DNA of 64,000 bases from Felis catus. Lineage: Eukaryota. Every line of letters begins with the position of its first letter. Within the stretch, counting starts at the first letter, position 1. This document shows, piece after piece, positions 12,885 through 25,460 of this stretch. The stretch lies in NCBI RefSeq assembly GCF_018350175.1, contig NC_058368.1:79610001-79674000 (forward strand). The letters are read 5' to 3'. Below the pieces are notes generated by a model, which was not told the origin of the DNA, searched no databases, and saw nothing but the letters and a program-made list of their open reading frames with translations. A program made the position numbers and the translations under genes.

Positions 12885-13095
12885 GGGGCGCCCTGGGTGG
12901 CTCAGTCGGTTAAGTGCCCAACTTCGGCTCAGGTCACGCATGATCTTGCGGTTCGTAGGTTTGAGACTTGCGTCAGGCTCTGTGCTGACAGCTCGGAGCC
13001 TGGAGCCTGCTTCCGATTCTGTGTCTCCCTCTCTCTCTGCCCCTCCCCTGCTCATGCTCTGTCTTTCTCTCCCTCAAAAGTAAATAATGATAAAC
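12885..13095 (+). mobile_element. CanSINE
   Basis: Full SINE body about 40 bp downstream of the previous copy. Confidence 0.93.
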
Positions 13096-14499
13096 AAAAC
13101 TTTCAAAGAATGACTTATTGCTTGAGCATGTACATGAAAGGAAACTTACTTGCCACATAAATTATATTTTGTGATGTGGGAAGACAGAGGATGGAACAGA
13201 AATCTTCCTTCCCTTACAGTCACCTTTAAGTACAGGTGACGCTCTGGAATAAGCTGACAAAGAACATAGGTTTGAGTGCCACCTTTTACCATCCACTTCT
13301 GGTTGGTGGAAACTACCACAGAGGCCCACACACAACATCAGGACCACTGTCCCTGGATTCGGGCAGAATGGTGGCTCTGGTCTTGTGGCAGATGACATCC
13401 CTGAGCATGTAGCGACTCACCGGTGAAATGCGAGCCGTGATGATAGGGCTCATGCCGTGGATAAAGATGGTAACAAGCACGAAGTGACTCCACACACGTT
13501 ATTGCTACCTCTGGGCACATCTTTGGGAGAACGTACAAAGCTGCTGCCAGGGAAGTCTGCCAGATTTCTGCCGTCGACTCAACTCTGTGAAGAACTTCAA
13601 GTGATGGTATCACGTCACGCAAACAGCCGGGTTCGAGGCGAGGGCACCCGCGGACAAGAGCGAGCTGGTTTCCTGCTGTTCCCTTTCGTCTGACCGTGAG
13701 CTAGGGAGCGTCATTCTTTCCATCCTCTTTCTCCTGGGTACCAAGAGCATTTTCTTAGCTCAGCACAACACCAAGTTCAAGAGAGGAGTGCAGGAACAGT
13801 GACCACCCTTCACTTCACTTCACTTTGGTCTCCCACCTGCCAAAGAACAATGTCTAGCCCTTTGCTGTGTTTGGTCCGACACTTTTTTTTGGGGGGGGGG
13901 GGAGGCCCTTAAGGACTTTCATTTATCTGTTGATATGTACAGCTCATATCTTGATATATGTTAATATGTACATATCTGTTGATATGTACAGGACAGCTCT
14001 TCCTGTCCCCCAGCAAGTGTGACCCCCAGACCTCCATCCGCAACTCAGCTTGATGAACCCACAGCAACCTTCACTGCCTGGGGGCCATGAGAAACTTCCC
14101 TGTGTCAAGTGCAGGGGGCAGGACCACACCCGGCTGTTTCCTCGCTCCACCCTCAGCACCACCCTGGGACTATCCAGGGTCCTGAAGACTCCACAGTGGC
14201 GATTCTTCAGTTCTGTGGTCTACAGGTCTTGTGGCCACCATCCGCGTGGGTCAGACTGCTGCTTCTGCTCTGGAGGGTGATGGATGGATGGTGGGGCCCT
14301 GCACTGCACCTGCTGTCCCGAGTCTGTCCTGCCCAGTGAGGCTGCTCACACTGGTCCTCAGGGTGTGACGGAAGTGCCACTGGGCCAGTTGCCCTAGCTC
14401 TGCATGACGGTGTCACTTAATGGCTGCCTCATCCTCCATGAAGTCACCATAAGGTCATACAGTCCTTTTTCTCTGTTTCCGATTGACAGGTATCACTTC

Positions 14500-15500
14500 T
14501 CCCCTTGTATTTTGCCATGATAAACAATCTTCTGATGAACGTGTTATGCATACATTTTTGTTTCCATTTTGCATTATTCCCAAGGGATGGATTCCTGAAT
14601 GTGGAAATGCAAGTCCAAAGGGACTAAATGTTTTAAACTTTGGTACTGAGTTGCTTCCCGGAGAAGCTGTCCTGATAGCTTCCAAGAATGCCTCTCTCTC
14701 TGCTTTCTCTCCAGCTCTCAGTGTTAAGATTGCTAAGTATTTGTACCTTGTGATATGTGAAAAATGATGTCCCCATGGTTTAATTTGCTCTTTTGATTCC
14801 TAGTAAGGTTGGAATGTCTTCATGTTCATTAAACACATGCGTTTTGGGGCGCCTGGGTGGCTCAGTTGCTTGAGCAACAGACTCTTGATTTTGGCTCAGG
14901 TCATGATCCCAGGATAGTGAGATCAAGCCTTACATCTTCTCTCTCTCCACCCCCCCCCCCGCTCTCTCTCAAAACAAATAAATAAATTTAAAAAAAAACA
15001 TGTATTTTATCTTATAAATCCATTCCTCCGGTTTTGCTAACTTTTTTCTTGGGTTGCTAATGTTTTCTCACCAAACTTTATGTGAACCATTTATAGTAAG
15101 GTTATCCCATTTGTGATATATACCACTTGTTATACATGTTTTTCTGAATTATTATGTGAGTTTAATTTAGTTCATTATGTCTCTGGATCTTAAGAAGTTT
15201 TGTTTGTCTGTTTGTTTTGTTTTTGTTTGGTTTGGCTCACTGACCGGGAATCAAATAGATCTTAAGAAGTTTAAAATTGCCATGTGCCCAGACATTTTCT
15301 TTATTTTCCATTGTGGCTTATTTAAGAAACAATATTCAAATTTAAGAATTCTTTTCTTGCCCAGACATAAGTATTTGCTTATGTTTTCTTGTACTCTACT
15401 ATGGTTTTATTTATTGATTTGATGCTTTCATTTTGTAAATGGTGTGAATAAAAATAAAAATTGACACTTATCCATATATAAGTATTGGTTTCCAAGACTA
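14500..15500 (-). mobile_element. Old LINE-1 remnant interrupted by a SINE
   Basis: T-rich antisense L1-like motifs (gtttaatttgc, ttcatgttcatt, ttttgtaaatggtgtg). Confidence 0.5.
14846..14998 (+). mobile_element. CanSINE, internally shortened
   Basis: SINE head, (CT) tract, A tail; acatgcgtttt/acatgtatttt flanks. Confidence 0.9.
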
Positions 15501-15514
15501 TGTATGTATGTAGT

Positions 15515-15735
15515 ATTTATTTATTTATTTATTTTAATAGTTTATTTTTGAGAGAGAGAGAAAGAACATGAGGCAGGGAGGGACAGAGAGGGAGGGAGAC
15601 ACAGAATCTGAATTACGCTCCAGGCTCCCAGCTGTCAGCACAGAGCCTGACACGAGGCTCCAACCCACGAACCGAACCGTGAGATCATGACCTGAGCTGA
15701 AGTCAGATGCTTAACCGACGAGCCACCTAGAAGCC
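15515..15735 (-). mobile_element. CanSINE
   Basis: Antisense SINE body; ccaagacta on both sides. Confidence 0.92.
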
Positions 15736-15849
15736 CAAGACTACATATTTAATGATCTGTTTATTCCCTATTGATTTCTGTTGTTTCTTTTTCTGTATTG
15801 CAAATAATACACTGATGAACTCTGTTATATATAAAGCTGTAATTATATC

Positions 15850-16332
15850 AATTCTTCTACAGACATGGGTAAATACCCAATAGAAGTGGGTACTCCTTTC
15901 CACCAAAGCATGGGTACAAGAACATTCTTGGAAGCTCTTTTAGTAGGAAAGACTAGATAAATAGTAGCAAAGACTAGAAACCAACGAGATATCCATCAAG
16001 GTGATAATGGATAATAAATTAGGTTGTATTCATGAAATGGAACAGTAGACAGCAATGAAAAAGAAGGAAGCACTGTGCAAGACCTTGGCACAAATGAATT
16101 TCAGAAACAAAATGTTGAGTGAAAAAGCTCATACGGTGTGAATCTGCGCATGTAAAGCTACAAGCAGGCAAGACTGAACTTTGGTAGTAAAGCGCATTGA
16201 CTGAAAGGGGCATCAGAGATGCTTCTAGATTTGACAGATCCGGGTGGTGGCTATGCAACATTCTGTAAAAGCAAACATTCATCCAGCTGTCTACTTAAAA
16301 TGTTTGCACTTTATGCCTCAATAAAAAAGTGA
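15850..16332 (+). mobile_element. Old LINE-1 3' end (L1ME-like)
   Basis: ctagaaaccaac...tccatcaa, aatgttgagtgaaaaa, ending tatgcctcaataaaaaagt. Confidence 0.7.
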
Positions 16333-16614
16333 AAAGTGTTCCTATATGGAATCATTTAGAGCTTAGAACTATTTTTCTGCTGTGTGCCACGTACTGAGGT
16401 AAACCTTTAAAATCACACAGGATGTAGTGTCAGCTTCTTCTTAGCTGGTCATACCTCCCTCAGAGGGGTACATCGCTTCAGACCGAGAACAGGGATCTGG
16501 ATTGCAAATGACATGAGTGCCAGCTGTATGCCAGGCATGACTACCATTCTGGGCATATTATTCCACTTAATGCTTATGCAACACAAATAAACGTGACTGT
16601 GTCACCTAGGAGAG

Positions 16615-16843
16615 CCCAGCAACTTCCAAGCTTTTTGACAATAGCCCCAAGGAAGAAAAACATTTTACATCATGACCCCATATATATACATATACATGCA
16701 CCTGACGGAAACAAATTTCTTGAAGCAATACTTACCATGGGCTATTGTCTGTTCTTTACCAATCTATCCTGTCTATTGGAAACAGTAGTTATTTATTAAC
16801 GTAAATACCAATGGGCAGGGATCCACAGCTTGGAAACCACTGG
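16615..16843. mobile_element. hAT/Charlie-type non-autonomous DNA transposon remnant
   Basis: aagaaaaacattttacatcatgaccc ... ccacagcttggaaaccactg terminal motif. Confidence 0.55.
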
Positions 16844-18484
16844 ACTAGCCCTCAAAGAAAATAGAATATTAACCACATGACATTCACAGTGAGTGCTAAA
16901 TTTTCTTGCGCTTCCCAGGGAACATCAGAAGCGGTGTACCACCTGCCCCCCCCCCGTGGTGATGTGGAAGCCCCCTCCCCCACTCTGGTCCCTGGTCCTC
17001 TCTGCCACCCCCAACCCTTCATCCATGACCGCTCGCCTCCTCCCTCCTTCCTCTCTTCCATTCCGGTTCCTTCTCTACTAACATGTCTCATTCTTTCAAG
17101 ATTTGGGTCTGTTTCTTTCCCATATACACCTGCTCGGTCTTTGCTCTGTGGACTGTCTCCACGTTTCACAAGGAAAAAGTGGTTACTGCATTCATTGAAG
17201 AGCACAGAGCCTCGAACACCACAGGGAGAAACCAAGCCAAAAAGTGGTCAAATACAGTCAATTCTGTCCCCCTGCCCCTGGGAACAAATGTACCTTTATT
17301 AGGGGGTACACGTCCAGGTTCAGATTTAGGATTCCCAGACTTCTCAGTGTGCGCGTCAGCCCTAGGGGAGACTGGGTCCCCGCGCCTGGCCTGCAGCGGG
17401 CCCCCCGCCTTCTCCCACCCGGGCTCTGTCTTGCACCCAGAGGGCCTCGCGTGTGCACGTGAGGCGGACACCCCCTCCCAGCACTAGGCAGCCCTCTGCA
17501 CCTGCCCCTCGCCCCCTGCCCCTCACCCCACCCTGGCCGCCAAGACCAGAGTCTTTGGAACACATTTGAAAAGGGGGCGTGCAGATCTCAGGGGTACACC
17601 ACTCAGCCTGAGCTGACAGGGAGGCCCTCTGAGGTTCTGGGCCGGGTCCAGAAGGACTCCCCTACAGGAGCTGGTGGCGGGAATGTGAGTTCTCAGGTGG
17701 GGATAAAAGTACTACTCACTTTAGGGGATTTACACTCACTGCATCGGGGCGCTAAGTCATTTGGGGCAGAGGTAATGAGGAAATGGTGGCAATTAAGGAT
17801 GAGGCACCTACCCAGGACCTTTGAGAAGGGCGGACACACTTGCCCTCAGGACGTCAGTGCCCGTTCCCACCTCATGGAGAGGGCTGACTTCGCTTTGAGG
17901 GAATGGCTCTAGACCTTCCGGTGCGAGGCCAGTAAGCTCTCCTTTCGTGGCCTGGGCCACTTTGAATGGGATGCTCCGCCACCTGAACAAGGAAAAGTCT
18001 TGCCTGTTAAGCGTCCCAGAAAATGACAGTACAGCGTGGGAGACCAGATGTCAGGCTTCCTGCGGCATCCTGAGCCAGCCTTTCCTTCAGGACGGCAGCT
18101 GGAACTCTCTAGGTGGTTTTTCAAGCCATGCTTCGTTTTCATATTCTCGGATCATCTAAGTAGTAAAGCAGATTAATTTGTCTTTTAGGACAGTGAAAGT
18201 GCTTAATGAGGTAAGTCACTTTGTAAGTGCTCAATAAATTTTGGTTATGGGTAGACAGAAGGTGTCTGGATCAGGAGTGAATGACTCAGTTCCACAGAGC
18301 CTGTCCCTGTCCCCTGCTGCCCTCCACCCCCACACCTGCCCCCTCATTCAAAAGGACTGCATTGACAGCTCTGTCCCTCATGGGGTTTCCGCTAAACTCT
18401 GAGGTCGCTGGGTCCTTATCACCCAAGATAATGCTGACTTACACAACATCTTGATGATGGCTGTTTGGTTCACCTGTATTTTAA

Positions 18485-18660
18485 CATCGCAGTTAGGAGC
18501 CCAGACTCTCTGAGCGGCCTGCCTGGGTTCAAATCCCAGCTCCCCCAGTCAGCTGTGTTACCCAGGCAAGTAACTAGTACTCTCTGTGCTTCGGTTTCCT
18601 CATTTCTAAACTGGAGGTAAAGGTAATTCTTACAGCATAGGGAGGGTCAAATAAGTTACA
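18485..18660 (+). mobile_element. MIR
   Basis: ctgggttcaaatcccagctc...ggcaagt...tctctgtgcttcggtttcctcat core. Confidence 0.85.
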
Positions 18661-18691
18661 CTCTTGACATGTGGGGATCACATAGTTAATT

Positions 18692-19083
18692 GTTTTTTTA
18701 AAATTGTTTATTATTTTATTTCAGAGAGAGAGAGGGCATACGAGTGGGGGAGGAGGGCAGAAGGAGAGAGAGAATCTTTCTTTTTTTGAGAGAGCGCAAG
18801 TTGGGGAGGGGCAGAGAGAGAGGGAGACACGGAATCGGAAGCGGGCTCCAGGCTCCGAGCTGTCAGCACAGAGCCCGATGCGGGGCTCAAACCCAGGATC
18901 CATGAAATCGTGACCTGAGCCGAAGTCAGATGCTTAACCGACTGAGCCAAGCAAGCACCCTGGAGAGAGGGAATCTCAGCACAGAGCACCACTGGGGGGC
19001 TCGATCCCACAACCCTGGGACCATGACCTGAGTGGAAATCAAGAGTCTGATGCTCAACCCAACTGAGCCACCCTGGTGCCCCC
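18692..19083 (-). mobile_element. CanSINE containing a nested second CanSINE (18778-18960)
   Basis: Inner copy flanked by ggagagagagaatct (18763-18777) and ggagagagggaatct (18962-18976). Confidence 0.9.
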
Positions 19084-19959
19084 ACATATGATCATTTCAA
19101 AACGTGCTGAAGCAAGGTCTGGCATTCGTGCACATGTCAGTGTAAGCAGTCACTTTTTTTGGGGGGAGGCGAGGGAAAAGCCCAGGGGCTTTAGGTTCAG
19201 ATAACCTTCAGTTCGTATCCTGGCTCCAACCCTCCTGCCTGTAGTCACGGCAGAAACCACAGGGCCCACAAAGCCCAGAGTGTGTACCATCCGGACCTTT
19301 CCTGCAATCCAGGCAGGTTAGCACCTCTGTGGATCCTAACTGAGTGCTGGAAGGTGTTCACGCATGGGCGTCAAGAGTCCCTTCCCCTCCTGCCTCAAGT
19401 GCATGGCCACCGGGCCCTCCGCCTCCAAGGTCAATGCACAGACCAGGAGCTCATGGTTGGCAGGGAGGCAGCGGAAGGGTCAGATCTGGGGAAGGTAGGT
19501 TGCCTTTGGCTGCTTGGTATTAAACAGATATGTGTTGAATAGAAACAGGTGAAATTCGAATCTTTGGAATCCTGTTTCCTACCTCAGAGGGTTGTTCAGA
19601 AGCCCCCACGGTAGACACGCCTGGCATCCCCCGGGGACAGTGTGCTGCTGAGGGCAGCGTGCACGGCCCTCGGCGGGATTCCCAGGGGCCCAGCACGTCC
19701 CACCCTGGCTGGCCTGGGTCGCGGCCACAGGCTCCCTGTTAGGCGCTCAGGCTCCTGAGACGTCCCTGACCTGCAGCTCCCCCAGAAGGAGAGCTCTGGT
19801 GCCACCTGCGGCTGCCCCTTCCCTGAACAGCCAGGGAGCCCAAGCACAGGGGCTCTTTTCTGGTTCAGACCTTCTTTCTCCTCGGGGATCCCTTCCTCCA
19901 GCCCAAAGTGCATGTTGTGGTGTGAAGAAGGCAAACTGAATCATTTGCAGAAGGATTAA

Positions 19960-20410
19960 ACGTAATGCGGGGCTGGCGGGAGGGGTGGGGTGGGAGAAAG
20001 CTGGGCGGCTGCCCGGCTGCTTACTGCGCGCACTCGACCCTGGGTCCCCACCGGCCCGCTGGGTGCCTGAGTCACAGGGGACAGGAGGTGGCCGGCCACG
20101 CCCGGTGGATGTGGGCTCTGTGAGTTAGAAGTGGGTGTAGCCCAGTTAGCACAGGACACAACCAATTGCAAAACCAGGAGTCGCGGAAGGTCAATTACCA
20201 ACACTCAAAAAGAGAGAAACCAGTGTGCTTTGCGAGGGCCCGGAACAGCTTCATGGAGGATACGATGTGAGCCCTGGGCCTCCTTCAACTCCCTGTCCAC
20301 GTTCCGGGAGCCTCAGCTGGACTGCGGGCGGCCCAGGCCCGCCTCCCAGGGCAGCATCTCGGCCGCGCACAGTGTGCTCTCTGCGTAGCGGCCCGTAGCT
20401 GGTGGCGTGA
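19960..20410. promoter_or_regulatory. GC/CpG-enriched unique segment (possible weak CpG island)
   Basis: Visually high GC and CpG density outside repeats; not computed. Confidence 0.25.
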
Positions 20411-20491
20411 GACCAAGTCTCCACCATTTCTTGCCTGTGGGACTTTAGGTTAGTTTTTAATCTCTCTAGGATTAAGGACGCTTTTACATTT

Positions 20492-20700
20492 GGGGGCGCC
20501 TGGGTGGCTCTGTCGGTTGAGCGTCCGCCTTGGGCTCAGGTCCTTTGTCAGTTCGAGCCCCGCGTCAAGCTCTGTGCTGACAGCTCAGAGCCTGGAGCCT
20601 GTTTCAGATTCTGTGTCTCCCTCTCTCTCTGCCCCTCCTCTGCTCACGCTCTGTCTCACTTGCTCTCTCAAAAATAAACATTAAAAAACATTTTTTTAAA
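20492..20700 (+). mobile_element. CanSINE
   Basis: SINE body; aaggacgcttttacattt/aaggatgtttttaaattt flanks. Confidence 0.93.
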
Positions 20701-22636
20701 CAAAGGATGTTTTTAAATTTTAAATCTTAAATCTTAGATCTTACATTGCTCTAGACTCAAAGATGTTTTCCTGTTCTTTAAATATGACATGATTACTATC
20801 TACCTTATAAGTTTGTCTTCAGAATTGGGGTCCTTCTGTGAAGAGGCAGGCGCAGAAGTTGGCACTTGAGAAGCACTTACTAAAAGGAAGCTGTAATATT
20901 TCGTGCATTCGATCTGCAAACACCCACAGGACGGCCGCCAAGGGCAGGTGCCGGGGCCAGGCCAGAGGCTGCCAGTGAGCAAACAGGCGTGGCCTCTGAC
21001 TGGTTTGAGATTGTAGAGAAGTTAATGCGTGAACGCACATCAGTGTGGGCTTTTCTATTTTAGGAGGGGGCTGTGGATAGCGAAGGGGGAGCCCTCGCCA
21101 GCATTTAGGGGGCTCAACGCGCTTCCCAGAGAAGGGCTTTCTGTGTCGTGAGGACAAACCTGTCGGAGCCTGGATCAACGTAAGCGAGGGGAATCTGGAA
21201 TCACACCCCAGGCCCAAGGAGCGACCTGTGCAAAGCTTGGGAGAGCACAGCACGTGCAGCGGAGGGGCAAAGAGGCCCTTCGGAGAGAGACAGCCCCGGG
21301 CAGCCTGGCTCGGGATGGACAGAATCCGGGTCCTTGCTCAAAAACAGTCACCTTGCTTCTCACTTTATTCCCTCATCTATAAATTGTGTGTCTGTGCACC
21401 TCTGTAAGCTCCTTTCATCAGCTAAGCAAAAAGCACTGTGTAAGGTTCCTTGTGCGCAAGGCGTTGTGCCTCCAGCCGGGTGGGGAGGAGCAATGAAGCC
21501 TGTCCCGTGGGCTCTGCCCTGGGGAATCTTATTTAAAAAAAGTTAGAGAGGAAACAGACAAAATTGGAATGGCTACGTTTACTAGGCTTTTACTATGCAC
21601 CAGGAGCTCAGGTTAGCATCCTTGGGTTTGCACCTGCCTCCACCCCCACGCCCCCCGCACCCCCTGGAGACACAAGGGACAAAGCAGTTACTAGCGGCCC
21701 TGAGGCCACTGTGCACCTTAAAATTCCTGAAGGAACTGGTTTCTTTGGTGGAAGACTCTGAGTTTCAGAGAATGACCTATCTACTCTTTTGCCAGCAGAG
21801 CCATGCGCGTAACCCCCCAGGGAGACCCCAGATCTTAGCCTGCCTCTCCCATCCACAGGTAGCTGCTTGCTTCCAATGGGCTCCTGGTGAAGGCACTCCA
21901 GGGAAAAGCCTGTCCTGTATCTGGAATCTGACTGCAAACACAGACTTGAACGACCCTCCCTATATCATCGAATATGCCCCGGAGCAGAGCTCTGGGCTCC
22001 CAGTGCCACCGGCCAATGTGCTGAGGCTGAGGCTGCTCCTGGGATACCTTGCCTGCAAACTTATCTGCAAACTTGGCCCGGGGATAACTGTCTTTAAGTT
22101 TCTGTTCTCTGTCTGGAAAGCTTGGGAGCAGTGGTTGTCTACTTCGCCTCAGGCCTTTTGGTGGACGGGGAGAGAGTTACCATGCCATCCTGGATGAGCC
22201 CAACAGGAGTGCTGGCCAAGAGGGGAAGGGAGCCCCCGGGGAAGAGGTTGGCACATGAGAAAAAGGAGGGCCGGCTCCCCTGTCCAGCCTGGCTCCTCTG
22301 TCTTGCTTCTCCGCAGGTCCTGCCACTTGTGTCCCCTGTATCCCTTCGCCGTTCTTCCTCCCCTAATGGTGACTGGGGTAAGCTTCAGGCCAGCTGACCG
22401 AGCCCAATCTGCATGTGAGTCACTCAGTGCCAGCTGATGGGATGTGACGGCTGCCACTCTCCAGACGCGCCTTTGCAGGGAATGGACATGTACTCCCAGA
22501 CTTCGGCAGCTGGAGGAACCACAGTGAAATGGAGGTGAAAGGTTTGTGGTGAAGACAGTAGAGCTGCCCTCCCCGGTTCCGCACCACCTACTTCTGGGTT
22601 GACCCAGAGTCCATCTTGGGCCCCTGCTGTGGGTAC

Positions 22637-23715
22637 GCCTCCTAGCTTCCCAGCCTCCCAGCCTCCCAACCTCGCAGCCTCTCAGCCTTGCAGCCTCCAA
22701 ACCTCCCAGCTTCCCAGTCTCCCAACCTCCCAGCCTTTCAGCTTCCCAGACTCCCAGCCTCCCAGCCTCCAGGCCTCCCAGCGTCTCAGCCTCCCAGCCT
22801 CCTACCCTTTTAGCCTGCCAACCTCCAGCCTCCCAGCTTCCCAGCCTCCCAGCCTCCCAACATCCTAACCTCCTAGCCTCTCAGCCCCCAGCCTCCCAGA
22901 CTCCCAACTTCCCAGCTTCCCAGTCTTCCAGCTTCTCAGCCTCCCAGCCTCCCAGCTTCCTAGCCTCCCAACCTCCCAACCTCCCAGCCTCTCAACCTCC
23001 CAGCCTCCCAGCTTCCCAGCCTCCTAGCCTCTCATCTTCCTAGACTCCCAGCCTCCCAGCCTCCCAGCTTCCAAACCTCCCAGCTTCCCAGCCTCCCAGC
23101 CTCTCAGCCTCTTAGCCTGCCAACCTCCAGCCTCCCAGTTTTCCAGTCTACCAGCCTCCCAGCCTCCTAGCCTCCAAACCTCACAGCTTCCCAGCCTCCC
23201 AACCTCCCAGCCTCTCAGCCTCCCAGCTTCCCAGCCTCCCAGCCTCCCAGCCTCCCAGCCTCTCAGCTTCCCAGACTCTCAGTCTCCCAGCCTCCCAGTC
23301 TCCCAGCCTCCCAGCCTTCCAGCCTCCCAGGCTCCCAGCCTCTCAGCTTCCCTCCCAGCCTCCCAGCCTCTCAGCTTCACAGTCTCCCAGCCTCCCAGTC
23401 TACCAGCCTCCCAGCCTCCCAGTTTCTGAGCTTCCTAGCCTCCCAGCCTCCCATTCTCCCAGTCTCCCAGCTTCCCAGCCTCCCAGCCTCCCAGTCTCCC
23501 AGCCTCCCAACCTCCCAGCCTCTCAACCTCCCAGCCTCCCAGCCTCCCAGCCTCCCAGCCTCTCAGCTTCCCAGACTCCCAGCCTCCCAGCCTCCCAGCC
23601 TCCCAGCTTCCCAGTCTCCCAGCCTCCCAGCCTCCCAGCCTCCCAGCCTCCCAGCCTCCAGCCTCCCAGTCTCCCAGCTTCTCAGCCTCTCAGCTGCCCA
23701 CCCTCCCAGCCCCCC
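22637..23715. repeat. Minisatellite, 8-bp unit CCTCCCAG, roughly 135 units
   Basis: Directly visible tandem array with variants CTTCCCAG, CCTCTCAG, TCTCCCAG, CCTCCCAA. Confidence 0.98.
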
Positions 23716-23949
23716 AGGCTCATCTCTGACCCCAGCCACAGCGGCACTGTCAGTGCAGTGAGGCTGCAGCCTTCTCACGCTGACGGCGCCCCACTCCCCT
23801 CTTGCTCTCTCCCTGGACTCTGCTGAGACTGAAGACACAAGGAAATGTCTTCCTCACACTCATGCCTGTACCCCCTGGATGTTCAAGGGCGTCGGTGTAC
23901 CTTGTGGCAACTCCCAAGCCGTGGAGGGTGAGAACAGGTGGGTACACGC

Positions 23950-24306
23950 CTCTCCCTTTGAAACCACAGTCCAGGTCGTAGAGTATCAGCTGGGTGAACG
24001 CAGCACGACTTGTGTCCTTCCAGAGGAAAGGAGACACAGGGACGGACACTGATAGAAGGAAGGTGATATGAGCCCCCAGGGACAAACCACAGGACAGTGA
24101 GGCAGACGTTGGGGTGACAGCCAGCCACGCCGGAAGCTGAGAGAACGGCACGGAACTGATTGTCGCCTAGAACTTTCGGAGAGAGGGCGGCCCTGCCGAT
24201 GCCTGACTTTAGACTTCTGGGCTCCAGAGCTCAGAGAATAAATGTCTGTTGCTCCGAACCATCAGTTTATGACGCTGTGCAGTGGAAGCCCTGGGAAATG
24301 CATACA
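23950..24306 (+). mobile_element. MaLR (MLT1-type) solo LTR
   Basis: tgtccttccagagg, ggccctgccgatgcctgactttagacttctgggctccagagct, agaataaat, ending ggaaatgcataca. Confidence 0.8.
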
Positions 24307-24329
24307 GTTGGCCTGAAACATGTTGTAAT

Positions 24330-25460
24330 GCCAGAAAATTAGGAGGCAGTGAAGGCTGATTTCAGAAGAACTGACGAAGCCAGCTTGACAGATCTCCCAC
24401 CATCCAGAAGGGTGCAATTTGGGTTTCAATGGGTAGAAATGGCAAAGATTGACATGTATCACACGGCCTTACCTCTTTGTGATTATAATGGTATTTTTAA
24501 AAACCAAATTGGTCACTTTTTGAAGAGACCCATTAATGCACCCATCATGTTGAAACGTCGGTAAATAAAAGGAAAGAATCAAGCACGTCTTGTGCTTATC
24601 TTAATCAACTGTATATACTTAACTAAAAATCAGATGAAGGGAAAGGGCTTCTCAGAGGTTTATTCCAGCCGATAAATGAAAAGAAAATGATAGAGGAAGG
24701 TAACTATTTTCCAGGCCCCAAAGTCTCTATGGACCGAGGCACTGAGCGCTAATGGCTGTTTTTGTTGAAAAGGAGCAAAAACCAGACAGAAAGTGCCTCC
24801 TGATGATAGAGGACAATACCACCTGGGGTCTTTCCAAAGTAATCAGACCCAAATCTGATCAAACCTCCCAATCCAGCCTCACACAGAAGACACAGGTAAC
24901 TGCCATGTGCAGTCAACAGTCAGGAAGACCTAGTCTGTGGGAAAGTCTACAGGACAGTTGGCCCACATTCTTCAACAGGTGCACCGTAAGAAGAAGAATG
25001 AGACGGATGAGGGGAGCATGTAGGTTTTAGGACATATCAAGTTCAGTACAACAATAAAAAGTGCAAGGAAGTAATTAGTATAAAAGTCAGGATTGGGGCG
25101 CCGGGGTGGCTCAGTCCACGGAGCATCTGACTCTTGATTTTGGCTCAGGTCATGGGATTTCTCACGGTCATGGGATGGAGCCCCACATCATGGTCTGCAC
25201 TGGGCCTGGAGCCCACTTGGGATTCTGTCTCTCCCTGTCTCTCCCTCTGCCCCTCCCACGCTCACACGTTCTCTCTCTCTCTCTCTCTCTCAAAGTCAGG
25301 ATATTGGTGACTTTGGAGTGGGCCAGAGTCTATGATTGGGATAAGGACATACCCAGGGTTTCTGCGGAGGCTGACACAGCTGTGGGCATCGACCTGGCTG
25401 CTGTGACAAACGGGCTGGCTTTATAATTCACGGAGCTCTACGTTTGTGCGGTGTGCTGGC
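24330..25460 (+). mobile_element. Old LINE-1 3' UTR remnant interrupted by a SINE
   Basis: ctgtgggaaagtctacaggaca and caaggaagtaattagtataaaagtcaggat motifs. Confidence 0.5.
25095..25291 (+). mobile_element. CanSINE lacking an A tail
   Basis: TSD aaagtcaggat at 25083-25093 and 25292-25302, directly after the (CT)n tract. Confidence 0.9.

Noticed and set aside
22149..23838. Pro/Ser/Gln-rich and Gly/Arg-rich ORFs
   Set aside because: Artefacts of the 8-bp minisatellite; frames break with stops and 7-bp units.
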